DNA of 64,000 nucleotides from Psilocybe cubensis (lineage: Eukaryota): the NCBI GenBank assembly GCA_017499595.2, contig CM039004.1:3100001-3164000 (forward strand). The letters are read 5' to 3'. The notes under the pieces were generated by a model. It had not been told where the DNA came from. It did not search any database and saw only the letters and a program-made list of their open reading frames with translations. Position 1 is the stretch's first letter. Each line of letters opens with the position of its first letter. The translations under genes and the position numbers were made by a program. Of the stretch, positions 26,770-38,532 are shown piece after piece.

Positions 26770-29700
26770 TATGATGATTGTGAAAGTCATTGTAGGGATA
26801 TGCATGATTGTAGAAGGCTTCACCCACTATGATTATATTCTGAAATGCGACTACCACAACCCGTTCTCGTTAGCCATTTACTGTGAAGGTATACTACTAC
26901 CATATCACCATATCGCCATATCACCAACCTTATGTCCAGATTTCTTCCCATGGACCACCAAACGTATTAAAAAGCATCCTATAGCATCCTTGCTGATCAG
27001 TAAATCTCGACCATTCGGAACTACACTCACAAAGCAAATGAGGAGAATTCTCGGTGGCCCCTCCTTTAAATGTCCTATTCAGTCAACGTGTCTCTTCCTG
27101 GAATTCTCCGGCGCTTTTTGAAATGGGGGCGTGCTTGCGTCACAGAACCTCCAAATACACCCGACTTCGAAGAACCCACCGAACGAGGTCTCGTTGGGCT
27201 GTCAAACCAAACTATAAATACCCCCAACGCCCTGTTCCCCCGCATTTGCAGCACAGGTGCTCGTCTTCAGCTGACCTTGCCGAGAGAGATCTTCACCGGA
27301 GTGGAAAAGGATGGTCATGGATGTTACACCGAAAACCAATAGCGGCTTGTCATCGTTGAAAAAGTTTATGGTAGATTTGCTGCCTTAGCCGCCGGCCGAG
27401 AGGCATACAGATATATAATACCGATTATTGGATTATTGGGTGTCGTGTGGACTGCGAGTATTCGAAACAGATCATTTTGAGCAGGGTGAATCATTGTAAG
27501 GTGCCTATTTGCATCTTCGGATGGTCTCAAAGACACCAGAACCGGTACATGGAGAATTTTATTCCTCGACATTTGCTTGGCGTCCATTCATCCATGACCA
27601 AAAGCCACGAGCTCAGTCTGAAGCCTGTTAATTTTAGCTCCTACCCAGAGGATAGAAAATGCACTGTAAATGCGGCAGTGGAGTGAGGGATCTTTTTTCC
27701 ACCCCACCGTACATACTGCTATACTTGCCTCGCAGCGTCCCCGATGTGGAGCATTCTGGCTATGGGTATGATCCCTCAGAGTGAGTTTGAGCATTCGATG
27801 GAGCACGAACTATATGTTAGACCAAAGTATTAATTTTATTTCCACTTCAGTATGGGCCGCCGCTATAATCCCCCAAAGGTCGGCGCCGAGCACACAATTG
27901 ACGTTAAACACAGACTACGGGAGAGGGCTTTACACTATGGTCGACGTCGTGCCTCACTGTACGATAGAATGTCAGCCGGTGAGAAATATGACTACGGTAA
28001 GTCTTTAGAGTTCTACTGGCCGATGGTCATCCCAGTGAATTCAGAGGCAAAATAGACATGCACCTCGATTGACTGCATATGCGAAGAACCGAATTTTCTG
28101 TCCATCGCAATATGTATGGAGTGCGCCGTCCAAAGTAGCTCATACCAGCTACAACGGTCCATAGCCCAGTCACTCATGGACAGTGAGTGGCTCGATTCCA
28201 CAACTCAACTCAACACTGACAATTTATATTCTTTTCAGACATCATAGAAACATGTCATAAATCAGGGTACACACATATTCAAACTCCTCGAACTGTTGCT
28301 GCAAATTCTGAATATTCCACAAAGGTTCCTTTAGTGCAAGAAGGGTTGACAGTCTTTGCGTTTGCTCTGGTTGTATGCGGAATTATTATTCTGGTAAACC
28401 TAATATGCGAGGCTTGCAGGATATTCGAGGCGCCTGAAATAGGCGACGGTCAAGAAACCTGTAGAGATAAAGGAACTAGGGTCACAATTAGATCCATTAC
28501 GACTTGACGAAATTGAATGTAGTACCACTTGTATTTTTAGAACATATCACTTTGTATTGCGGGGACATTGAGAGAATCTGCATAAATGGTACCTGTGCTC
28601 CGGAATACAAACACAAAGTGTCATACAATGTCAGTTAGAATAACACAGTAGAGAGAAGACAGGAATTAAAACTTCACTAGACAAGTGACGTTCATAGTTT
28701 CAAAAAACAGCCGAGCCAATCCAACAAGTTTTCTTACCTCTTCATGTCTTCTGTGACAACCGCCATTTTGGGGCAAGCCAATATTGCTGCTTTGGGTGGA
28801 AATCATTTCCCTCTTTAGAGTCACCTTGTACACTGTCGTCGGTTACCTATGCCAGACTCCTAATATCTGTTACCTCTTTATCACCCAAAATTTACTACCT
28901 GCCCGTTCAAAATTACTAGGCGAGATGCATTCAATCTCTATAGTGCGTACCTCACAGTGCCTCTCTGACAATGCTGGGAACGGGCCAGAAGGAATTTGGG
29001 ATTCTGTCCATTGACAACTCGGGAGTGGCCCACTTTTTTTGGCGTCTGACTTTTTGTGCGTCTTGGTGTTATTAATTCAATAATACATTGTCAGTGATGG
29101 TGATGATGAGGTGTTAATTAACAAATTAAAACCAAGGATACATTGCAGCGCAGACTCGCCCAAATGAGGCCCGTGCGGCCCCTGCGCTTACATACGCGAT
29201 CGATCGACTGTTAAATAATCACACACGACGGTCAGCGAAAAACACATGCGAATCGCATTTTTGAGTGTCCGTGCGTTGATGATTGTGTGGCTTTGCGAAA
29301 GCGTTGGGGTTTGTTTTGATTAATGGTTAATGATGGAGGAGGCATGTGCTTTTTGCTTCTTGCTTTTGCTCAGCTTTAGTTTCAGTCAGATTCGTTGTGT
29401 TTCTTTTGCCATTACATTGAACTGCGAAGCCTTCTCTAACTCGGAATCGGTCGTGCGTGGATATTCATTCCTACGGGCAGCTTGAGATTTGACACGCCGG
29501 GTTCTTCTGCTTCGTTATTCGACTCTTCCGGGATATCTGTCACGCAGACGCTACGTACGAGGTCGGGCGTACATTTTTCGAGTTTGAAGGGCCAGAGTGG
29601 AGATTTGAAAAGAGGTTGTAATACCGTAAGAGTGTGTTTTTTGCTTTCTTCTTTTTTGATTGTGGGTTGACGAACATTCATATCAATTTCATATTCGTGT

Positions 29701-30289
29701 TATATCACATTATAATTACACCCATCATCCATTTTTTGTCTCTTCTTTCCTGCCCGCATTACATTCTGCCCCTCTTTTCTTTTCTTCTTCTTATTTCGCT
29801 ACATTCTCCGCCGCACACTCGCTGGTTTTCACAGGCTCTTTGCACAGACGAGGACAAGGGCAAGGAAGGAAAGGGAAAGGGCTTGATATTGGACGACTAT
29901 TAGGACGGGGTCTGGATTGGATAGACACGGGAAACAGGTAGAAGAAACAGAAGAAGCACGATATCCATATCCATAATCACATTCACACCGCACCCACAAC
30001 CCACGATCATAATAATCACATTCACATTCACCGGCCGCTGCGTCAATTCACTTCAATTTAACAACACAATCCGATTCGATTTTCGATAATCGCAGCTATC
30101 CGCGCACATCGTCAGCGACGAAGGAACACCGACGCCAGCAAACAGCACTGAGGGCCGAGTCGAAGGCGCAAGATTAACCGCCAAATCTGATTGGGCGGAC
30201 ACAGGGCTCAAGACACACCGATACGCACCGAGGGAAGAGTTCAATAGCCAGATCAAACCAGAGAAAAGCTGAGAAGAGAAGAGAGGAGT

Positions 30290-33200
30290 ATGACTATGGA
30301 GGACGATATGGATGTTAAACCACCCGTACCGACAGCGGTGACAGCAGCGCAAGACCTCGCGCTGGAAGATCAGGAGGAAAGTGTGCGGATCGCTGTGAAA
30401 GCTTTGGGCGATATGCGGAATATGCATGCGAATGGGAGTGGGAGTCGTTCAGATCCACAACATTCGCGGACGTCGTCGTCGTCCAACCAACGGTTCAACT
30501 ACGACTATGACGATTACGACTACGACGCGGGCAACAAGCTTCCGCCTATCAAGCTCCCGCCGCTGTCACCTACCAGCTCAGGTGTTTCGAGGCCTTCGAC
30601 GTCTGCCTCAGGGTCGACGTCGGGTTCTTCAGCATCCGCGTCCGCCTCTGCCGCCGCTGAACCATCCACGACATCTCCCAACGCCCCCGCCACCTCAACC
30701 ACATCCCCCAACGCCCCCGCCTTCGTATCCCGCATGACTCACCTCCCACTCGTTACCTCCGCCCTGCGGGCATATGAACACACCAAAGCCTCGTCTCGCG
30801 TCGTCAAGTATGGCGCGGCGATGGTCGAATCTGGTGTGAAAACGCTTGGGAGGCCAGTCATGGAGATGTCGAGGCCTGTGATGGAGCGCCTGCCCGTTGC
30901 GGCCGCGGCGGTGGAGGCTGTAGATGGGTTTGCTTGTAGGCAGCTTGATCGGGTCAGTTATCAATTTTTTGGAAGAATTTTTAGCTGACCTTTTTTCTTT
31001 TTTGTGCTTAGTTGGATAAGTATACGCGCCCGTCGACGTCCGGGGACCCGAATGGGGACCCGAATTCGACGAGCGATGCTGGAACGAGTACCGGGGGGGA
31101 TGTACACCCCAACCCTGACACAAACCTCAATGCACAGGCACAAGGACCATCGCCGGCTGATCGAGATCGCGGACGACCGAGGCCCAAGCTCCGACCTCGA
31201 CATGGAGATGGAGAGGAAGATGGAGATAAAGATATGGACGATGAAAGCCAGCACGAACGCGAGCGGGATAGGGAGAGCGGGAGGAATAGAGAGAGGAGGG
31301 AGCGGTATGGTGCTGGAGGCGGGCGGAGTGTCCCGAAGTGGCTCGAAGGTGCGTTTTACTCCTCATTGACCAAACATACACCCATGTATTTGATACGGAC
31401 ACGCAACAGCTACAAGCCCATTTGTCGCCCCACCACCACCGCCACCACCCGACTCCTCCCTGCCGTCCTCCCCATCGTCGTCCGCGGCGTATGGATACGG
31501 GTACGGGTATGATTATGAGTACGGGAGCCCGCGCTCGGCGTCTCGTATGGGATCGTACTCCCGCAGCTCGACGCCCACGAGGGAACGGGAACGGGAAGGA
31601 GGCTCGGAGCGCGCGCGGTCGTCTTCTTCTTACGCTCTTGGGCAAAGCGGGAACGCGCATGGTACGACGCCGATGACGGATACCAATGCGGGTGGTGCTG
31701 GTGCTGTTGCTGGTGGGAGCGAGCGCCAAGTCGCGCAGCGTAGCAGGTGGCAAGCGATGCTTCTCGAAGCGGGAGGTCTGAGCGCGGCGCTGAGCGAGGA
31801 GAGTATGAGGAGGTTGAAGTATTGTTTGCAATGGCTTCAGGTGAGATTTCAATTATATGCGCCTTTTTTTCTTTGCTTTGCTTTTTTTTTGCGGGATGCG
31901 TTTTCGATTATATGCGCCTCTCTCTCTTCGCTTTTTTAAATTATTGCGGGACGTGTTCTCGATTATATGCGCCTTTTTTCTTTTCTTTTCTTGTTTTTGC
32001 AGGATGTGTTTTCGATTATATGCGCCTTCCTCTCTTTACTTTTGGGATGATGGATACTCATCAATGACATGTTGTAGTACGCCACGGCGCACATCGATGC
32101 GCAAATTCTAATTCTTCGCGATTTCACCGCGTCATTACAAGCAGCAGCAGCAGCAGCCTCTTCTTCCCCCTCCTCTCCTTCGTCTACCCTCCCGCGCCCG
32201 CGCCCACCTATCTCCGAGGAACACATGCGCAAGCTCACCGACATGCGGCGCGACATCGTACACACGATCCGGCAGGTCGTCGACGTCGTATCGAAATATG
32301 CGGGCGGGGCGTTGCCGGAGCCTGCTAGGGGGCGGGTGAGGGGGTTTATCTTGAAGTTGCCGCAGAGGTGGGCGAGTCGTGCCGGCGTCGGTTCTGCTGG
32401 TGGAGATATGATGGGTGAAGAGAGGGAGAGAGAGAGAGATGTTGTAGCGGCTGCTGCGGGGTCCGGTACGGGTGTGGTGCGTCGTGCAGGTGGGCAGCGG
32501 CGCGCTGCGCAGCGTGAACGCGGGGTCGATTCGATGTCGGGGTTGCGCTCTGGTGCGTCGTCAGTAGCTGTGTCGCCTAGCTCGTCGCCGCGCATTACAC
32601 GCGCGTCGCTCGGCTCTGCCGCTGCTCCCGGTTCTTCTGCCGCGGCCAATGGTAGTGGGAGTAGTGGTACAGGTGGACAAGGTGGAGGGGGACAGACGGT
32701 ATCGGCGACCGCTGCGCTCGTGGCGTCTCAGCGAATCTTGACGCTGGCAACGGAGAGTCTGGATATGATGCGCAATGTGACGAGTGTGGTCAAGGATAGT
32801 TTGGATAGAGCTGACGCGTGAGTTTTTTGTTTCTTTATTTTTTGTTTTTGTTTTGTTTCTGGTTCTTGGTTCTTGGTTTTTGCTGCCATTTCCCTCTCTA
32901 TTTCTGTCCCATCTATTTACCTCCTGCTCCTATCTCTATTTCGCTTTCCATTTCTCTCCTGCTCCTATTTCTATCTCTCTTTCTATTTTCAATCTTTCTT
33001 CTATTTCTATCTCTCATCTCATCTCGTGTCTATATTTCCCCTGTACTGATCTTATCGCCAACAGCTGGGTAGGCCGTTTGCGCACCGTAGGCATCCAGCG
33101 CGCCGACTCGGATTCTGCCTCTGCTATCGCCCTTGAAAATCCAGGTGCCAACGCCAATGCGAATGGGGATGGCGAGGGGGATGGAGATATGGAAGGAAGC

Positions 33201-33956
33201 CTCATCGTCCCGTCGGACTCTGCTACCGTCGCTTCGTCCCGCGAGGCCGGGCCACAGCGGGAGAGGGGGAAGGAGGATTTCGAGTTTGAGTTTTCAGATC
33301 GCATGCGGTATCGCTCGCATTCGAATTCGCAGTTGACGTCGAATTCGAACTCGAACTCGCAGTTGAACGTGAACTCGCAGTACGGGCACGGTCGTGGATA
33401 CGGATACGGATACGGGTATACGCATAGTCGCAATGGGAGCACACAATCGGATTCTGTGCATTCGTCGTTCGATATAGACATGGAGGTCGATGGCGACGGC
33501 GACGGCGGGAGCGAGCGTGTCAAGGACAGAGATGCAGTGCGAGGCGCAGGCGACCGCTCACCATACTTTAGCGCCGCGTCATCAACGGCTTGGGGGTCGA
33601 GTATACCATCCACACCTGGCGCGGGCGCGTCTGTGCATCCTGCCCTGCCTATGTCGCCTGTCCGTGCCGGTGCCGGTGCTGGTAATGGTAATGGAGCGCT
33701 GCAGAGCGGGATCAGTGCAATGCGAATCGGCTCGCGGTATGGGACACCGAAGAGCGGTGTCGTTGGGTTGCCCGAGGATGATGAAGAGGGTGGTGGGGTG
33801 AAGCCGCAGAATGTGGATGTTTTGGTTGGGTTCAAGGGCGATTTGAAGGGGCGGCGGCTGTCTTTGGGTGGTGAGGAGGAGGGTAAGGTGAAGCTGAGGA
33901 CGAAGGATGTTGCGGCGATGAGGCAGGAGGAGGAAGAAATGGACGTCGATTGTTGA
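30290..33956 (+). CDS. Opi1-family transcription factor (ccg-8-like)
   Basis: IAVKALGDMR, AYEHTKASSRVVKYGA.MVES, LSEESMRRLKYCLQWLQYATAHIDAQI, VVSKYAGGALPEPAR..VRGFIL.LP.RW and LATESLDMMR.VT.V.KDSLDRADAWV are Opi1-family blocks; four introns. Confidence 0.88.
31846..32030 (+). repeat. Degenerate ~55-bp tandem repeat (4 units) inside an Opi1 intron
   Basis: Core ATTATATGCGCC at 31852, 31907, 31962 and 32015. Confidence 0.85.
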
Positions 33957-35666
33957 TTTGGTTGTCTGGATTTGGTGTAGAAGTGGAAGGAATTTGTTTC
34001 TGGTTGACGACGATTTGACTGGTTTTATGCACTTTGAATGTGCTCATCCACTCCTTTTTTTCCTGATCTTTCTTATGTTTTCTTTCTTCTTTGTTTTTGT
34101 TCTTGGTTGGTGTTACTTTACTGACCTTGGTCGTGCAGAACACATATCACATTGCGCACCGCCCTGCCTCACTCCTTTCCATTTTTCCTCTACCTTTTTT
34201 CATATTTTTTGCCACTCTCACTCTCACTCTCGCTCATATTCTCACTCTTCCACTTTTCATCCCACACACACAATACACACCACACATGGACAATAACACA
34301 AAAACGAAACGCGCGACGTAACACAACCAACACACGCACACACGAGCAACCAACCACTTGCCCAGTCGAATTCAAGGTCCTTCGGAAAATTCAATTTTAT
34401 ACCCTTCCGTTTCTCACTCCATCTCCCATTTCTATCTCTTTCAAATTCGTTTCTCCGCTTCTTTCTTTGCGTTTTCTGCTTCTTGAGATCTCATTTTTTT
34501 TCTACTTACTTTGTTCTTTTTACCACTGTCAAATATTCCAAAACCTTCTGAACCTTCTGAACCTTGGATCTCTCTCTTAATATTTCTGCCTGAAATTTCG
34601 TCTCCTCTTTGTCTCAATTTGCGCCACCGTCTCCTGTCTCTCTTTCCCTTTCCATAGCCATCTACAACTTTGTTCCCGTCTCAACCTCCTCCTTCCTTAC
34701 TTACTTTTTGTTTTTTGTTTGTTAAATACCACTATTTAATCTCTATAAAACGTGTACTTGTATCCTATCCTCCTATCCTACCATACTAAATATTGATATC
34801 GATATTTTTTTACTTGTCATGAAGAGAGAATCGCAAAAGCAGCCTTAGCCCAGAACTGGAATCTGCTCAGCAGGGTAACATCTGTATGGGCACATATATT
34901 GTGCAAAAAGAAACTCATGCAAGTTACTAGTGATGTTTGGGCACACTTTCATTCAAGTTCGAGCTTGTTTCGGTGTGATTGTAAGTTAAACATGATTAAT
35001 GTAAGTCTATACTTTTTCCAGAACATGTTCTATGTCATAATTCATGTAAGTTTGTCAAATTGTAGCAAGTGTAAGTGGAATATTTGTGTAACTAGCATGT
35101 TATGCCTACAAGTTGAACTTTGTTTGCATGTACACCTATGTGTATGCAAGTTTTGAAGAGAGATGATACTCAAAATGAAGAGAGGGTTATTTCATTTATT
35201 CACTTAGCCAACGCCATTGTCCAGCGCCGCCTTCCAAGTCTGTCCGTAAATTTACCACCAGTTTCTATCAAATCCTTTTCAAGGCAGCCAATCATTTTAA
35301 AGTAATTGATGCGCACAATCAAGCCTCTATAGAGACAATTCTAGGAATTTGACCTTTTCACCTGACCTCTCCTGCTCATAGCTAAGGAAGATACATGTAT
35401 TGAAATTTAAAATTATTAGATTTGGGACGATGTCTTTGATATTTCTATTTGCATTGTTGTACAGGTAACTTAAATATAGTATGAAACTTTCATACCTTTG
35501 AAGGGTGACTTACAGAGACAAAATTGAACTTCAAAAATATTGATTTGCACAATATATGTGCCATCTATGGCAACAAATCCTTGGAAGTAATGATCCAAAT
35601 TATCCAAAGTTACCAGTTGGAATCAAACATCCATCAAGAGCCAGTAAGATGGTAAAGATGTATCCA

Positions 35667-38158
35667 CTAGCGTGATTTCGAAATAAAACACTGAAGCATG
35701 CTTGAAGCGAAAGAAAATGCACGAATCGAGTCGTATTGGTTCTTCTCAGAGCCAAAGATCCCAATTCCCAACGGCGCATCTGCAAATACAAACTGCTCAG
35801 ACCTCTTCTTCTCGAGGAATCGGCGAAAAGACGGCCTGTTGTGGTACAGCTTATACGAAGGACTCAGAGATCTCTGGTACGACAGCGTTTGTAAGAAGCT
35901 ATACGCCCAACTGCGGCGATGACGCAGAGCCCTCGTTCTGTTGCGCATGTACGGTAAGCTCCCACAAATGAACTGCAGAGTGCTTGTAGCAGCGCCCAAA
36001 AATAAGCCGTGGCCATGTATGGTGCCATCGTCCCTTTGCCCTGAAGCGATCCTGTCGTATAAGATATCACAGATAAATCTGATAAGCACTGGTGTCCACT
36101 CATGTCGGTTCCGTGAGATGATCCATCCCAGTAGCATCGTGTCCCTGGGTGTTCTCAGAAATTTTCCAAAGGATGGAAAGCGGAAGGATGTAGAGGATAT
36201 GTCGAGCGAATCCTGCATTACTACACTATCGAGTGTTAACAGCGTCGCAAGCAGGAAGGAGATATGCAAATGTGGGATATTCGGTCCTAATTCTGACTGT
36301 ACACGCTGTTTAAGTGATGCTGTTTCCACATCTGCGAATTGAGATATCTCTGGTATATCCCAATTCTGAAAATAGATCAAATTTACCCTGAATCTGCGAT
36401 CAAGTTTAAAGCACGTACATTTTTTAGGTTGGAAAGAAACTCGATGTATTGTGCAATAAAATTAGTTTCCGTTCGTAGATTTCCCCTTTCATGCATATTG
36501 CAAAGCTCCAGGCAGTGATCGAGTGAGAGGCTCCTAGTTTCTGTTATGAGATAGTCATTTGGGTGTGCAAGAGGCAGATGATGGAATAGTCGATCGAAAA
36601 CGGTCCAAATATCATGCCTTTTTATTCCTAAAATACCATCAGATTTTTATCCCAGCTTCATAATAACCAGATTTCCTACCAGCAGATATGTGACTGAACG
36701 ACAGCTGAGCAAAAAAGGCATGCATATTGGGTGGATCAATATACAAATCCCTCGACCGGCTCTTATCGACTAGATAGTCCTTCAACGACGCGTGCAAAAT
36801 TCGGATCCACGGCGCACGCGAAATCTGGCCCAAAGGGCCCCTCACGCCAACCCAATCATCCAGCGATACAAGCGAAGCAAGGTTGTGCAGCAAAACCTGC
36901 GCATCGCCTGTCTCGAGAGATAGAAAGGCTTCTACAAAGCTCACTGAAACTTCGTCGTAGAAGCCGGGAGGGCAGAAGGTGACGAACGCGAGAATTTTCA
37001 GTATTAGATCCACTTCTTCGACTCCCATCAGGATATGACGGTACAGCGCGTCGAGCTCGGCGAACGGATTGTCGCCTGCCATGGTGGGCCGTACGCCAAG
37101 CACAATCTCCAGTCTATGCGTCGGACGATGGCGAGATGACTCGACATATTTCACCACCGTTGACGCATAAATAAACTGGCCTGAGGACCGCTCTACAAGG
37201 GTAGTGATTTGACTCGGCGAGGGCCACCCTTCAGGGATATGCGCCCGACGGCAATGCTGTGACTTGATCTTGCAAAAGCTGTCCACCAAGAAATATTCAA
37301 TGTCCTCTCGCGATTGATAGTCGTCATCCAGCGCGACTATTGTCAACTCCTCAGGCCCCTTCAAACTGAATGCAGATGATATTGCCACTTCCGGGCGGCT
37401 TGCTAAGAGAATTTTCAGCGGGATGGATTCATCCTGGAGCACACGAAATGCGGCGTAGACAATTCTGGCTTGAACTTTAGAGTCTTCGCATTCATCCAAG
37501 CCATCGATGATAATCACGATATTGTGGTCGAATGTACATCCATTCTGGAGGAGCTGGAGAAGAGGGCCTTTAATGAGTGCAGTGAATTGTGACTCGAACG
37601 ATCGAGTCACAACTAGAGGATCATTCTCGAATACCTGCACCACGCAAGCTCGAAACACAGGCGGAAGCTTCACCGCCAACTGGTACGCCAGCGTCGGAAC
37701 AAGAAACCTGGCCGTTCCTCGATGCGGGTCATCCCTTGCAAAAAAGAAACTAGCGATACACCCATTCCGGCTATCCAGCATCTCCGCGATTGTTTGTGCA
37801 ATTGCAGACTTTCCAGCGCCCGCTGCGCCGTAGAGCCACAAGAAAACTGAATCGCGGTAGAGATGATCTAGTCCGTTGATCCAGTTCATGATCTTTTTGA
37901 TGATGGTAACTCGTGTGTTGGGATGGCATTTCGGTGGATCGAAGCGTTCTCCAGAGTCGTGAAATGCTACGTGGGCAACGTGATTCTGTAAGCGCTCGAA
38001 TCCCACTATCGCCGTTAGGCCATGCGTTATCAGCTTATGACTCCAGTCCGATATGAAGACGATTCTTTCGCACCTGAGATTGGATTGAACAGTTGAACAT
38101 GATGGGTGCTGAAAGTCCCATTGGTAATGACAACGTTGTTCGCCCCTGCAAATGACAT
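35667..38158 (-). CDS. NACHT/STAND NTPase (fungal NLR-like) with a short N-terminal peptide
   Basis: Exon 1 38158..38074 (MSFAGANNVVITNGTFSTHHVQLFNPIS), intron 38073..38006, then AFHDSGERFDPPKCHPNTR, Walker A GAAGAGKS, Walker B IIIDGLDEC, ASRPE, GQFIYASTVVKY, NPFAELDALY and ILHASLKDYL. Two more introns lead to a non-repeat C-terminal region. Confidence 0.88.
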
Positions 38159-38532
38159 TACCGAACGTCGATGTAGTTGGGGTCAAAAAGAGCAGTGTAT
38201 GAAAAAAGTCCAACATTGAACTTGATCATGAGCGTATCAACAAAAGAGAATGCTGAACCACGCCTGTCACTAGCACTGATCGTCCCGAATACACCGCAAT
38301 CATCGCCACTTCTAAACTTGAGCCACAGCGATATCTAAACTTACGTATTACACAGCAAGAGGACACTGCATAACTAGTCACCGATTACTACTACAATTAT
38401 CTAGTCTAAATAATATATGAAAACCATAAAGCGCTTATTCTGCGGTATCAAACTGTGATGTAGTAAAAGTCCCATGAAAAAATGTACTCGAAATGTACTC
38501 CTGGATACGAAAAACCAAAATCAATGAATGAT

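Noticed and set aside
28200-29400. Gene-poor AT-rich stretch as a transposon remnant
   Set aside because: No terminal repeats, transposase or reverse-transcriptase motifs visible.
31846-32030. CRISPR-like repeat-spacer appearance
   Set aside because: It lies in a eukaryotic intron, the spacers are low-complexity pyrimidine runs, the repeats are degenerate and there are no cas genes.
33270-33300. EDFEFEFSD as an FFAT motif in the Opi1-family protein
   Set aside because: Does not fit the EFFDAxE consensus well enough.
38159-38216. ORF-track N-terminus MLDFFHTLL... for the NACHT protein
   Set aside because: That frame reads through an intron with good splice signals; the spliced start at 38158 gives a family-typical N-terminus.
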